A stretch of DNA of 64,000 bases from Lingula anatina (taxonomy: Eukaryota > Animalia > Brachiopoda), in NCBI GenBank assembly GCA_051362555.1, contig CM120641.1, positions 48,056,401 to 48,120,400 of the forward strand, read 5' to 3'. A program made the translations under genes and the position numbers. Under the pieces are notes generated by a model, which was not told the DNA's origin, made no database searches, and was given only the letters and a program-made list of their open reading frames with translations. Positions 11,986 to 24,239 of the stretch are shown in pieces (the first letter of the stretch is position 1; the number at the start of each line of letters is the position of its first letter).

Positions 11986-14900
11986 GTGTCTAAAATTCAA
12001 ATTTGTTCATTGGACTTTTCAATGCAATGTAAAATGATAGTAAAAAGCTTAGAGAGGAAAAATTGATTGAAACAGGAAATGTTGATCAAGACAAATAAAG
12101 TAGAAATTAAAATGTAAATTCATCACTCATTTTAAAAAGTCATTCGTAAAAATTCTTTTCATAAACTTTTTCCTAAGACAGGTAATTATTTTAAAAGCTC
12201 AGTATGCCTGAACTGATGTTGTTGTTTATAAGATCAAGAGAGGTGCAGCAAAGATGAGGTCAATGGAGACTTGAAGTTAAACAAATACCTGAGCTTTTGG
12301 TGTTTGATTGCAATCAGCAAGTTTTTCTCCAAGTTGTCCAACCTTCACAGTTTCTGATGCTCCTGCAGAAGATAACGCATGCACTTGGTTTTAATATGTG
12401 AAGTCTACTCATCAAAGATTTACCTTTAATTCAAATATGTAAATCATGGGTATTTTTGTTATATTTAATTCCACTTTCTTTATAAATCTTTCACACAGAC
12501 ATCCATGAGTCATTACCTCCATAAACATGAGGAATACAGCCACTGGCCTGGGCCAGCTTCTTCTCTAGATCGTAATCCTGTATCCTCCAATCCAGTGCCA
12601 GCGGCATTTCATTCAGAGGGTCAAATTTTGACGTCTTTGTCAGCTCATCTATGATTGGTCCAGAAAAGCTGTGTTTGGGGTCACTCCCGTTGATAGTGAC
12701 CGGGCAGTACAGGGGTGCAAGGGAAACTGGACACTCTAGGGCTGCTGCTAGTGAGGCATCAGATATTTTAATGTATCGAGGAATTTGGGTCTTTGTCACC
12801 AAGATTGTGTATATCTGAAAAATATTAACACAAAGAATTATTATTACATTCAGGACACAATTATATAATGTTACAAATATTCACCATTATCTGTAATAAT
12901 CAGCAAGTAGCAACATATGCATCTGCCAGTATTTACACTAGTACATATACCCTGACATGGGGAAAACTTTGGAGAAAATAACTACAAGAATCCTGCAGGT
13001 CTCTCCAATTCTGTGCTGGCCAGAACTAAGTATTTTATATTCATTAGTCTATGTTTACAAGTGATTTATTTTTATGCATAGTATTTTTACAAAAACCTTG
13101 CCAGTCCAGAGGACCTGTATTGCCAGCTAGCACATGTACGTTCACATGTGATCGGACAAAAATATTAAATATATGCAAAAATATGCACAAAAATAATCCT
13201 GTACCTGTTTATTTGACCCATCAGCAGAGGTCACCTCCACCTCTATCTTGGTTTCCCCCACATTGAGAGGGGATGGCTGGTCTGCTTTGTTACCATTCAC
13301 AGTTAGCACACACTTGGGATCAGGGGGCGTGGCTGCCACTGTCACCGTGGCAACATTACATGGCAACACACCTAGACAGACAGACAATGATGCATATATT
13401 AGATCATTTTCGGGATTTATCTTCTGAGGTATTTAATTAATAAAAATGACTTCCAGAAGAAAACACAGTATCACTGATGTGAAAGTGTTTTTATTCAGTT
13501 GATAATGGTAATTAATAACCCCAAATATTCATAATGTAGCAGAAAGTATACTTACCTAGAAAAATATTCAAACTAATATACTCAATACTTATACTGAGTC
13601 AGACATTAGATACCTTTAACTAGAGTACAGATTAGCCAATAAATGTCTACAAGTACTCCCATATTACTCTCTGCTCTTTGTCTATCTTCCTTGACTCCAA
13701 ATGATTGAAAAGTTTCTCCTTCCATCAGAATAGAATTTTATTATGCACTTAGAAAAAAGCACTTAGAACATGGTACTTAGGTTATGCACTTAGAAAAAAG
13801 CAGTTATTTCTCCAATCAACAGCTAGCATAGAGAATGTTGTATACTCACATACCTCCAATATTTAGATACATAACCTATTCACCGTGATAGCTTATTTCC
13901 CTGAGAAATGGTGCTCTGGATAGACAGGTATATACAACATTTTCAATATTATCTGGAGATTGAAGAAAAGTTCCTGCTTTATTTCCCCTGCCACCTTCAT
14001 ATGATTAGCATCCAAGTTACTGATGGTTATAGACTTACAGCTATATTCATATCTCCCAGCACTGAACTCTGGTGACAACACCCCAGTATTCAGCTTCAGG
14101 GCACTCAAGGTCGCATCCCTGGCTGACAGACGCTTGGCATGAACAAAGTAATTCTTGACGGTACCATCCTCGGCAGTTACTTCTATTTTGATGTCCAGTA
14201 CCTCCCCTTCATTCAAAGGAACTGTTTTTGATCCGCCACTATTCTGAAGAAATTCAGTTAAATTTTGGATAGTTTTAGTAACTTTGTGCAATCAATTTAA
14301 TACTGGAGATGAAGGAAAGGGGATACTGCTTCCAGAGTTTTGGTTCCTCACTAACAGCAGGCCAGGTGACAAACAGTTAACAAACAGTAAGGGAAATGTT
14401 ATTGTTTCAAGTATATTACTGGCTGAATAATCACTGCAGCTACCGGTAAGTCAAATGAACGTATATACAAAGTCAAAGGCCAGGGTTTATTTCAATATAT
14501 TACATGGCAGCACTAAACCTGTCTCAGTAAAATCTAGAAAGTAGCAGACTAAGGACCTAATTAAAGGCTACTAATGCCTCAAACAGAAGAAAAAACAGCT
14601 AACATCTTTTGAAGAGCTGTGCTTTGATAAGATAATTGTCTGTACTGCTTGTCGTGCACTATGCAAGCACGCTCGGCTGTCACCTTGATTGGATAGTAAA
14701 CGATTGTCGTAAAAACGCTAAATGATATTAAAACCGGGTGCATAAACTTGGAAACCACCTAGGGCAACCTTGGACTGCCACATTAATCCAATACAATGCA
14801 AAAATAAACTATAACAAGTGGTTAAAGCCTTCAAACCGAATGTCGTAAAGTCCCCATATACCTCCATAGAGACAATAAAATAGAGTAAGCTTCTGAAACA

Positions 14901-15634
14901 AAAATAAACCAACTTAAACATAATAATCGAAATAAAATACTGCCGGGCATTGGAGCGGCCTAAAACTTGGCACGCTTACAGGATGATGTAGCCTGCAGTA
15001 TTTGCGGTAAGCGTGCCAAGTTTTAGGCCGCTCCGATGCCCGGCAGTATTTTATTTCGATTATTATGTTTAAGTAGGTTTATTTTTGTTTCAGAAGCTTA
15101 CTCTATTTTATTGTCTCTATGGAGGTACATGGGGACTTTACGACATTCGGTTTGAAGGCTTTAACCACTTGTTATAGTTTATTTTTGCATTGTATTGGAT
15201 TAATGTGGCAGTCCAAGGTTGTTGTAGGTGGTTTTCAAGTATATGCACCCGGTTTAATATCATTTAGCGATTTTACGACAATCGTTTACTATCCAATCAA
15301 GGTGACAGCCGAGCGTGTATGCAAGTTATCACAGTACTAGTGACTAATATCCATTTCTAACCAAGCTCAAGATGAACATAGCTGCTTTGCAAAGAGCTAA
15401 CAATCTTAACACTGTACCCAGCAGCACTCAACATTCTGTCACAGCCGAGTAGGGTTAAGCCTGTATTCTTACCGAAATAGAGTACGATGCACCACTATCA
15501 CTGGTAAACAGATCAAACGTAATCTTTTCTACTTCGCTTCCTAATGTCACATGATATTCTGTCACGTCTCGCTTGAATGCGGGTTCAAGTTTGCCTGGTT
15601 TTATCGTCAGCTTCTCCAAGTCGCAGTCATCCAT
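5514..15634 (-). CDS. Uncharacterised ~1102-aa protein: cadherin-like beta-sandwich repeats + U-box/RING-like segment + TPR repeats + Ala/Pro/RGG-rich linker + C-terminal helical domain
   Basis: 19 phase-compatible exons: 15634-15473, 14243-14039, 13371-13205, 12814-12517, 12362-12289, 11842-11674, 11539-11364, 11125-10898, 10557-10349, 9640-9500, 9190-9044, 8775-8550, 8250-8049, 7827-7669, 7353-7274, 7006-6871, 6651-6479, 6217-6001, 5653-5514. Sum is 3309 nt, ending ...FFKFKCWI*. Beta-sandwich signatures LEPAFKRDVTEY, IEVTAEDGTVKNY, VEVTSADGSNKQIY; TPR-like YHFHVGRLLVIQGNYLEA and YALYLLGNSQL. Confidence 0.85.
6972..7124. repeat. Local tandem duplication of a splice acceptor plus first ~36 nt of exon 16 of the minus-strand gene
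   Basis: GGGGCTCCACGGGC...GGTTTAGCAGGGGCTGCCTGAAGTAGTGAGTGTATA occurs at about 6972-7025 and again at about 7064-7117. Confidence 0.85.
9865..10368. repeat. 36-bp minisatellite, 14 copies, each containing an exon end plus a 5' splice site of the minus-strand gene
   Basis: Unit GTTCTGTCCCACTCACCTTGCCATCTGGTACTGAGG repeated with exact 36-bp period; the minus strand reads ...CAGATGGCAAG|GTGAGTGGGACAG. Confidence 0.97.
11940..11981. repeat. (AAT)n microsatellite
   Basis: About 13 perfect AAT units. Confidence 0.95.
14668..15317. mobile_element. Foldback MITE, 650 bp, ~311-bp arms, 8-bp TSD
   Basis: Arms 14668-14979 and 15007-15317 are near-perfect inverted repeats around a 27-nt loop; TATGCAAG at 14660-14667 and 15318-15325; CA...TG termini (P- or hAT-type TSD length). 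Confidence 0.93.
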
Positions 15635-15809
15635 CTTGCAACTAATGACGCCCAAGTGCGGGGCAGTAGTTACATTTACCCCAAAAAAATCTCCAACCAT
15701 TAAAGAAAAATAGGAAAGCATTAATATATGTTATTGACATATAGCTTAAATCAGTAGGTAATTGATAAAATAGTTGTCCAAAATAAATAATGATACATGA
15801 CCTACATAC

Positions 15810-15899
15810 TCTTTTGACCAATTAGACGCTTGAAATACTGTTTACTACGGAGATCTTCGTGACCTATTTACCCACGATCGTTTCGCGGCAAAATCAGAA
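15810..15899. promoter_or_regulatory. Putative bidirectional promoter with overlapping E2F-like site, CCAAT box and CHR-like motif
   Basis: Only 265 bp separate the divergent ATGs (15634 and 15900). TTTCGCGGCAAAA at 15881-15893 resembles the DHFR-type double E2F site; CCAAT at about 15818; CTTGAA at about 15829. Confidence 0.55.
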
Positions 15900-16449
15900 A
15901 TGGCAGGTGTTAACGAAGAAGAACTTGCTGAGGAATTCGAAACCTTTGGGTTCGCTTTAGATGATCCTGATACGATAAACAAGTGTAAGTACTTCTTGCT
16001 AAATTGATGTATAGCTGAAATTCTCATTAGCTGTCTTTCGTGTATAAAATATGTATAAACATTGTCACAGTGTCAGTCCCCCCCCCCCAAGTCAAAACTT
16101 CAAAATGCCGTTTGATGTATTAATGCTTTTTTTCATAACACCTCACCGTCTAGAATATGATATAGTTCCCCCACAATCGCGTTAAAAATATGGAACTACC
16201 ACGCCACTCTCCACATAAAGTATCCTGTGAATTGTAATGTTATTTCCAGTACAGGAGTTATGTGTCAGTTACCGCAGGAATGCCGGCGAGATGGCCAGCG
16301 CCTGGATGGCCTACCAGCTCTCCAAGGGTGGAGCAGAGCTAAGTCTGAATCAGGAAAGCTTACAGCAGTTTGAAAGAGAGGTGAGTGCAAATAACTTTCG
16401 TGATGAACATTAAAAAATTGATAATATGTGTGTGAACACATACACTGTA

Positions 16450-16526
<77 letters not shown>

Positions 16527-19500
16527 TATATATATTTAAACTGTTGTATCACCTTGACAAACATGAAAAGTTTTTTTTTTTTGTGATTAGGTTTTAAGGT
16601 AAAAACGGAGTCATCTAACTCCCTCTGAAACATATAAATACCTTCTAATTTTTTTCTAATTCAGGATTTAGCCAAGGCCACCAGTAAGATGTCTAAGACC
16701 CCCAAGACCCCCAGGACTGTGTCCAGAAGACCAGAACCAGTGATGTACACAGTGGACACTATTGAAGCCGCGTATCCTTCTGTTCTGTTGGCATTTGATA
16801 AACTTAACATGCTTTTTCGCCTTAAATTAGAAATGTAAGAAAGATTGGCAAATTGAAGCATAAAATAAAATATATCAGCCATTGGCATTAGTAATTCAAA
16901 GGCTAAGGCCATAGGTCCTGTTTTACATTTTTCAGTTAAAAACGTGAAAAAAATGTTGAGTTAGGAAAATAAAAGCATATAAATTATGAATTATTACAAA
17001 GGCAGTTTTTCCATTGTTTTAAATAAGCATTTTCAGGCTTGGTTCTTGGTGATAGAGTCAGTGAATCATTCTTGATATTATTCCCCATATAAGCTATGCA
17101 CCTGAATGTTAATGAAAGGGTTGATTGCCTTAACTGTGTACCAGATTAGAAGAAGAAGATGTAGAGGATCTCCTGGGTGCCTACGGTACGCCAGGTGCCA
17201 AGGTGAATATTGAAATTTTTCTCCTTAAAGATAAAATGTAATTATATGATATAAGTTTTATACAATGAATGGCTTACTTCTGTTAAGCTGGATGTTTTTA
17301 TGTCATTAAGATATCCTCACCCATCCAGCCTACTAATTACTATCATTAATTGTATGATGACTTATGTTCTTTAACCTTTACTCTTTTTAGCAAGGAACTA
17401 AAAAACGTCAGCACACCCCAGAGAATGCAGTCAGTAAAAGGTTCACAGGATGGGGAAGAAGTCCTGCTGTTCCTTTCTCTCCTACAACCATGTCTCCTTC
17501 TGTGTGAGTCTTCGTCACTTTATCTTAATTTACTGCATAACTGTTTTTAATATTGGTAAGTCTTGAATTACCAAGGTGTTTCTTGTGTGATTTTTCTCTT
17601 TTATGTTTGTAGATTTGCTAGTTTTGCTATCAAGTTTTGTGTTTAACTTCTTATTTCTAATCTTTTCTATATGAAATATTATTCTGAAGTAGTATTCTGG
17701 AGAAATGATGTGCAAAAGAAACCCTGTGCATGTAGCTAGTGTCATTTTACCTTTAGAATTGATGAAGTTACATTCTGATTTCTTTTGTCAGTAGCTTCTT
17801 AACATTTGAGGGTTTTTTTTTCCTACTTATAGACATGGTTTCATGTAATACCACCCGAAAGTTTCAATTTTCTTTATTGATTTTTTTCCTCTTGCAGAGC
17901 TGCAACTCCATCTCGTAAATATGGAAGCAGGTCTAATGCAGGGAAAGTTGAATGCACCTTTGGTAATGGTGACCTTCTGAAAAGGTCACAGGGTCAAAGG
18001 TCAAGGCCATGCAGTGTGACCTTGTATGATGAAGAACACAGTTTAAAAGAAAAGCAGAAGTATATGTTCCAGAAGTTGACTGAAAAAGCGCATGGTAAAT
18101 GGACAGAATTTCTTATCATTTTTGGTTAGCAAAAGTAAAGGTGTTTACTACCTACCTGATTTACAGTAAGCATTTTAGAAATAATTATTGTTTGTTTTAT
18201 CAGTGTTATTTTTATTGCAATTTGTTATGAATTTAGTAATTTTTTTCACTTGCAGTACTCAATGATGGGATTGAGAGTTTGGCTGATCATTTGCAGAAAC
18301 AGTATGGAATAGAGGAGTTTTCTCACATGGCTCTCCCAGCTCAGGTATGTCGATATGATATTTTCAGTGTTTTTAAGGAACATTACTGCAACATTTTATC
18401 AATCTCATTGCTGTCATTTTCCGGGTGTTTTTTTTTTTTTTTCTTTATTATTTTCAGTAACCCAAGCCAAGTATTTAGTCAAGTCTATTAGAAATAATTA
18501 GATGTGTTTTGACTCCCCCCCCCCCCCTCCCCCAACACACAACTGGGGATTTTATTTTCAATGATATCATACAATTTATCAGGACCAAGTGACTGTTGTC
18601 GGCAGGATATGTTGTGATGGTGATGGCAGACTTAACAAACAGTCGCTACTGCTGGAGGGCTCGCGGCAGACATCATCTGGGAAACAGATTCCTCTTGACG
18701 TGTCTGCCATTCAGCAGTTCTCCTTCTTTCCTGGACAGGTATGACAGAGTTATAATGTAAATTTTATTAAATTGTGAAAAAAAAAAAAAAAGATTTGAAA
18801 TGGATTTATTTGAATTATTGACAGATTCAACTTACTTCATTTGAAGTGCTTCAATTACAATTTTGTTGAGTTAAATAATTTGTTTGCATTTTTAATAGTC
18901 TAATTTAACTTTTTGAGATAGCAGAACAATGGATATATCCATTTTTATGTATAAGAAAGTTAATAGATGTGATTTTTTTTCCAGTCCAAATAGAAAGTGC
19001 AAATTTCTTTAGCAATTTTCCACTTTCATCGGTTCTTAGACCCCAAGTCATAAGGGCACCAAGTCATTTCTTCCTCCTTCTTACAACCCAAAATTGGTTT
19101 TGTATGTAACACAATTTCACATATTCTGATCTGCTTTCAGATTGTAGCTATAGAAGGGTTGAACAGCACTGGGAACAAACTGGTGGCGAAAAAAGTACTT
19201 GGGGTGAGTGGAGGGTAATAATAATAACAGTAATGATGATGACTTATTCAGCAAATTATTTAGAGTTCACCTGGGTAAAAGTTAAAGGGATAATAACTCT
19301 TCGTATGAGATCTATATTTCACAATAAAAACATTGTGAATAACTCATAGAAATATAATATATTCTGTTTTACCACAAAAACAGCAGTTATAGCTATTATT
19401 CTGATATCTGAGCTTGTCTTTAGAGCACATGACGCCCATTGATGGCTATACTCTGTTAAAATCTCTTAAGAGATTTTAACAAAAAACCAAACTTTTTAGA

Positions 19501-22500
19501 AAAAAAACCAGGGACTAACTTTGAATGTAAAAATGGATTCATTAACCATTGGTAAGTATGGGAAAATTGTTGTTAACTCCAGGAAAATTCATTTTTTGGC
19601 CAAAACGAAGAGTTATTATCCCTTTAAGATTTTTACTTTCATTTCATTTAAATTTTTTCATATTAATTATTATGTATATGTAGTGGTTAATGTTGCTACC
19701 CCCCCTCCCCCCCACCCCAATGTGTTTTCAAACATTTTTTTTTTTCGAGGTTACCAGATCTTTAAACTTGTTTTACTGTTAGAATTCTTCATTCCAGAGT
19801 GGTCCTCTGCCTTTGCCAGATGTCCCTTCACTTGAGGAAGGTATGAAAACACTTGGCTTAAGAAGTCTTGTTATAATTTGTTTAATATTGTATACTTTGT
19901 GACTGGGCTATATAGACTTGGTGATGGCACCTGTTCATTTACTTGACGATTAAAGTTAAATAGTTCATTATCATTATCGTCCCTGGAATGCTCTTTAAAT
20001 TAACTTCTTACTTGGCTGATTTTGAGTTTATTCATTTCCACCATTATCTATACAGACATATTTACATGTATAATCTTCTTTACTTACTGAACTCATGAAC
20101 ACCACGTCTTTAAACAGTACTTATTTGTCACCTGTCATTATAGATCTCCACATAATGATAGCTGCAGGGCCATTTACAACCTCGGACAGCTTGTCGTATG
20201 AACCACTGAGAGATTTGGAGCAGAAGATCCACCAGGAGAGACCAGATGTCTGTATACTGGTAGGTGATAGCCTGGGAGAATTGGGATCCCTTGTATTGAG
20301 AGCATAGGACATTTTCAGGCATGAGCTTTTTCTGCTGAAAAGCGAAATTCTGCATTTTTTAATTCAATTCTGACGGTTCCTGAGATTCGTCAAGGTTAGA
20401 TGTTGGGTCCCATGATAAATGTTCATATTTTTTTTTAACCTAGGGCATGTCTGCATTTTTATTATGAAATGATAAAATGCTGAAAAATAAAGGGATAACA
20501 ACTCTTTAAATTTCACAATAAATATATTGTAAACAACTCCTAGAAATAATAAATTCTATTTTACCACTAAAATGGCAGTTATCACAATTATTCTAGAATC
20601 TGTGCTTGCCATTAGACCGTGTGACTACCCTCTGTAATAATCTCTTAACAGTTTATTACAAAAAAAAAAACAATTTTTTTAAATCCATGGACTAACCTCG
20701 ATTGTCAGAACGGATTCTTTAACTATTGGTAGGAATGGGAAAATTGTCATTTCCCCCTGGATAATCGGTGTTTTGGCCAAAATGAACAGTTGTTATCCCT
20801 TTAAGATAAAGGGGTGACAATAGCCCTATAAGTATCAGTGGTATTAGTAGATATCACATTTTAAAGGTGTACATTTGTTAGTTTTTTATTATTCCCAGCA
20901 GTTGAGTAGCACCAAATTCTTGGTTTTATTATTTTCAGATTGGACCTTTTGTTGATGCCAAACATGAGGAAATTTTGGTAAGTTGATGTAATACTTCTTT
21001 TTACCTTATAACTTTTCAACAGGGACATGCCTTTGAAATCTGATATCATTATTATAGGCCTTGTTTTCTTCAAATAATTGATTCCAACTGGTGATTCCAA
21101 CAGAGACCTTAGAAAGATTGCTTGTTTCTGAGATAACTATCTTTCAATTTTTTTATCTGAATTTACCATCCTGTAGTTGTTAAATAATTTTTAACGTTTC
21201 CTTCTCAGAAAGGGAATATGGAGTGTTCTTATGAAGAGTATTTCAGAACACTTCTGGAGAAGCTGATTAAATCAGTTGACAGGTGAGAATATTTCTTTCT
21301 AACATTTTATTTTTTATATTTGGTTTGCTTATCACATAATTCTTTACAAACATAGGCATTAAGCTTCTTCATTCTCTTAAATTTTGAATTTATAGTACAA
21401 ATCATTGTATGCATTATATGTTGCAAGGGGGTGTTGGATATCATTACTAGTTATATTCTAAGGTCAGCTGCCTTACTAAGGGGATGATTTTTAAAGATGT
21501 GCTATATTATTTGCCTTTGAAAGCAAACTGTCATTGAAAGCTAAGGGAAAGAGACCACCATTCCCAACCACAGTCGGACTTTTTCCACACTGTGCTACCG
21601 TCTGCCATACTTCACACTGTAATATGAAGACAAATGATGCAGCCCATACCACAATCCCTTAGTCTTTCTATGTATACATACACAGCCAAATGCCAATGAA
21701 TGAATATTATTTGATATTGGATAAAGTAATGGCTTACTATTTTAGGCTACCTACACAGCTGGTGATAGTTCCGTCTCAGCGTGATGTCCACCACGAGGCA
21801 GTGTATCCTCAGCCGCCATTTACATGTGGTCCGAAAAGACAGGTACAGCATAATAGCCTCTTCTGGGCCGTAACATCCCCCTGTGTACTTAGAGCTTATT
21901 TCACTACTAATTATTGATGGACTGGGTGCAGTTAGTGATAATTGATATTTTTTAATTCGCTAAATTACAGTTGATATACTTTGTCTAACTTAAGTTGTAA
22001 AGTTTTAATTATAATGTGTATGTAGTTTTTAAATAAAAGGTTCATTTTTTATGCAAAATTTATATTGGGTAAAACTAGAAGAAGAAGAAAGCGTTAATTG
22101 TTTTTCAAAGTGAGCTAATTTTTATTATTTGTCCAGATTTTACATATGCGATTTATTTATCTATTATTTCCATTTTATTATTTTTGGTAGAAAGTCCATT
22201 TTGTGCCTGACCCCTGTACCTTAAGCTTGGACGGGTTAGTGATAGCCATCTCGTCAACTGACATACTGTTTCACATGGGGATTGAAGAAGTTGCAAAGTG
22301 AGTTTATATTTTAATATTCTGAGTTTGAACTTGATATATATATAAAGTAATATGTGTCAGAACATTAGAGGAACATGTTTTAATCACCCCGCCATGTTGC
22401 CTGAGATTGCTTTAAATGTCCTTTTAAAGAAACTGCTATTTTTGTCCTACCTGTCATATTTTATGATTAATTGTTAGTAAGAATTGTTTGGTCTGACAGG

Positions 22501-23526
22501 ATAAAGGGCATAGGAATGTTGGCTTAAGTTGTAAAGAGGTAGTTTTTTATCAAGAAGATGTGAGGTTTGTAATCGCTTTTAAATAGAGACTGAAATATTT
22601 TGTGTTTAAGAAATATTTTAATTACATTCAACTGTTCAGGCAAAAAATCTGGAAAATTAATTTCAGTACAGTATTATAAATGGTGGAATAAAGTGAAAGT
22701 GGTCTAGTTATAAAGGATAAGAGAAAGCATTATGAATTAAATCACTGGTACATTTGGCATTTTACACCAATTATATGCCTTAAATATATCTGAGTGACTT
22801 AAAATCCTTATTTCAGTGATGGGGCATCTGACAAACTAGGGCGAAATGTCAACCATCTTCTCACTCAGCACAGGTATGTACTCTGCAGCTTGCTTGGATG
22901 TGTTTTTAGTTTTCCCGAGATATGTTTATTTTCCTTTTTCAAAATAATCAATTCAGTAACTTAACAATTTTTTGCAATTGAATTAGAAAGTAAAATGACA
23001 TAATTATGAATGACTATGTTGCACACTCATTTACTGGTAAAAAAACTTTGAGATATCTTGGCCTTTTCTTTAACTGTTTATAATTTATCACACATTTCTG
23101 TATTATTTGCCAGTTTCTACCCCCTATACCCACCATCTGATGAGGTAAACATCGACTACGAGCTGTTTGATGGCCACGCCCAGCTGCCTGTGACCCCTCA
23201 CCTGCTTGTCACGCCTTCCGACCTCAAGCAGTTTATAAAGGTAATTTGTGTCACCCTAGACAAAGAGCCATTTTTCTCTTCAACCCAAAATATTGCCTGA
23301 AATCTCTTGAATCTGTGGTCTCACAGAAATGTGGAATAATAGTATATTTAATTTTTTCTTTCATATTGTTTACCAGGAGGTCCATGGCTGTTGCTGTCTC
23401 AATCCCGGACGTCTTGCCAAAGGTCAGGTGGGAGGAACCTATGCTACAGTTGCTGTAAGGGCGACCTCTGGTGACGGAGACATCAAACTTATTCAGAATA
23501 TAGCTGCTCAAATTGTTAGGATATAA
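15900..23526 (+). CDS. POLA2: DNA polymerase alpha subunit B
   Basis: 18 exons: 15900-15984, 16250-16380, 16665-16771, 17145-17202, 17391-17503, 17898-18094, 18256-18344, 18583-18738, 19141-19203, 19798-19840, 20144-20259, 20939-20977, 21209-21282, 21746-21842, 22191-22297, 22817-22873, 23114-23240, 23377-23526. Motifs VGRICCDGDGRLN, SFFPGQIV, AAGPFTTSD, GPFVD, VPSQRDVHHEAVYPQPPF, FYPLYPP, LNPGRLAKGQVGGTYA. Confidence 0.96.
16452..16523. repeat. (TG)n microsatellite
   Basis: About 36 perfect TG units. Confidence 0.95.
16772..17144 (+). other. U12-type (minor spliceosome) GT-AG intron, POLA2 intron 3
   Basis: 5' splice site GTATCCTT; branch site CCTTAAC at 17128-17134, ten nt before the intron end; no polypyrimidine tract; reading frame preserved across the junction. 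Confidence 0.9.
19286..19623. mobile_element. TTAA-targeting MITE (Kolobok/piggyBac-like) in POLA2 intron 9
   Basis: TIR AGGGATAATAACTCTT / AAGAGTTATTATCCCT flanked by TTAA on both sides. Confidence 0.85.
20491..20800. mobile_element. Second copy of the same TTAA MITE family, POLA2 intron 11
   Basis: TIR AGGGATAACAACT / AGTTGTTATCCCT, right flank TTAA; interior aligns with 19286-19623. Confidence 0.8.
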
Positions 23527-24206
23527 TGTGAAATGGGAGAAGCCTAGCAAAACTACAAGTGATAATTTTCCCTCAGATTGAGTGTTTATTTCAATCCGAC
23601 AGGGATTCTCTTGGTAACAAATACACTTTGGCAAAAAATGACCATTTCATGGATAATAAAGGAAAAAGAAAAAGCATTATTTATTGAAAATGAAATATCT
23701 TCTCAGAGCAAGATATTCTGTCGTTCTAGTAGTAGGTTAATCAGACTTTTAAAACATCTAATTTTGCTTTTAATAGACAGCTATAAAAGAAGTAGTTAAT
23801 CTTTTGAAATGTTTGTAGATAAGTCTGATCTTGTCTGATTATTGTAAATATCAAGAGAGCTTATTGTCATGTACTTCATAGAGCTTGTCATGGGGGCCAT
23901 TTCACTAGATACTTAAAATATATAATTATATGGTAAACTGTGTTTTTGTTTTGATACACCTTTCTAATGAACATTCAACCACTGAAGGCATAAAAATAAA
24001 TAAAATGAATCAATGTTTTGGTAGCAAGTATTTCCTCAAATCATTATCCTTTATAAATATAGCATCCGAGATAATTGTCCACTAGAGATGTACCCACCCA
24101 TAGGACGAGTGAAACTCGGGGGGGGGGGGGATGAATTGGTCGAACACGGTTTTGAAGGCTAAAGCACATAAATTGTAGAAAAATGCTGAATAATATATCA
24201 AAATTT

Positions 24207-24239
<33 letters not shown>

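Noticed and set aside
14718-15340. Two near-identical ORFs on opposite strands
   Set aside because: They are the two arms of the foldback MITE.
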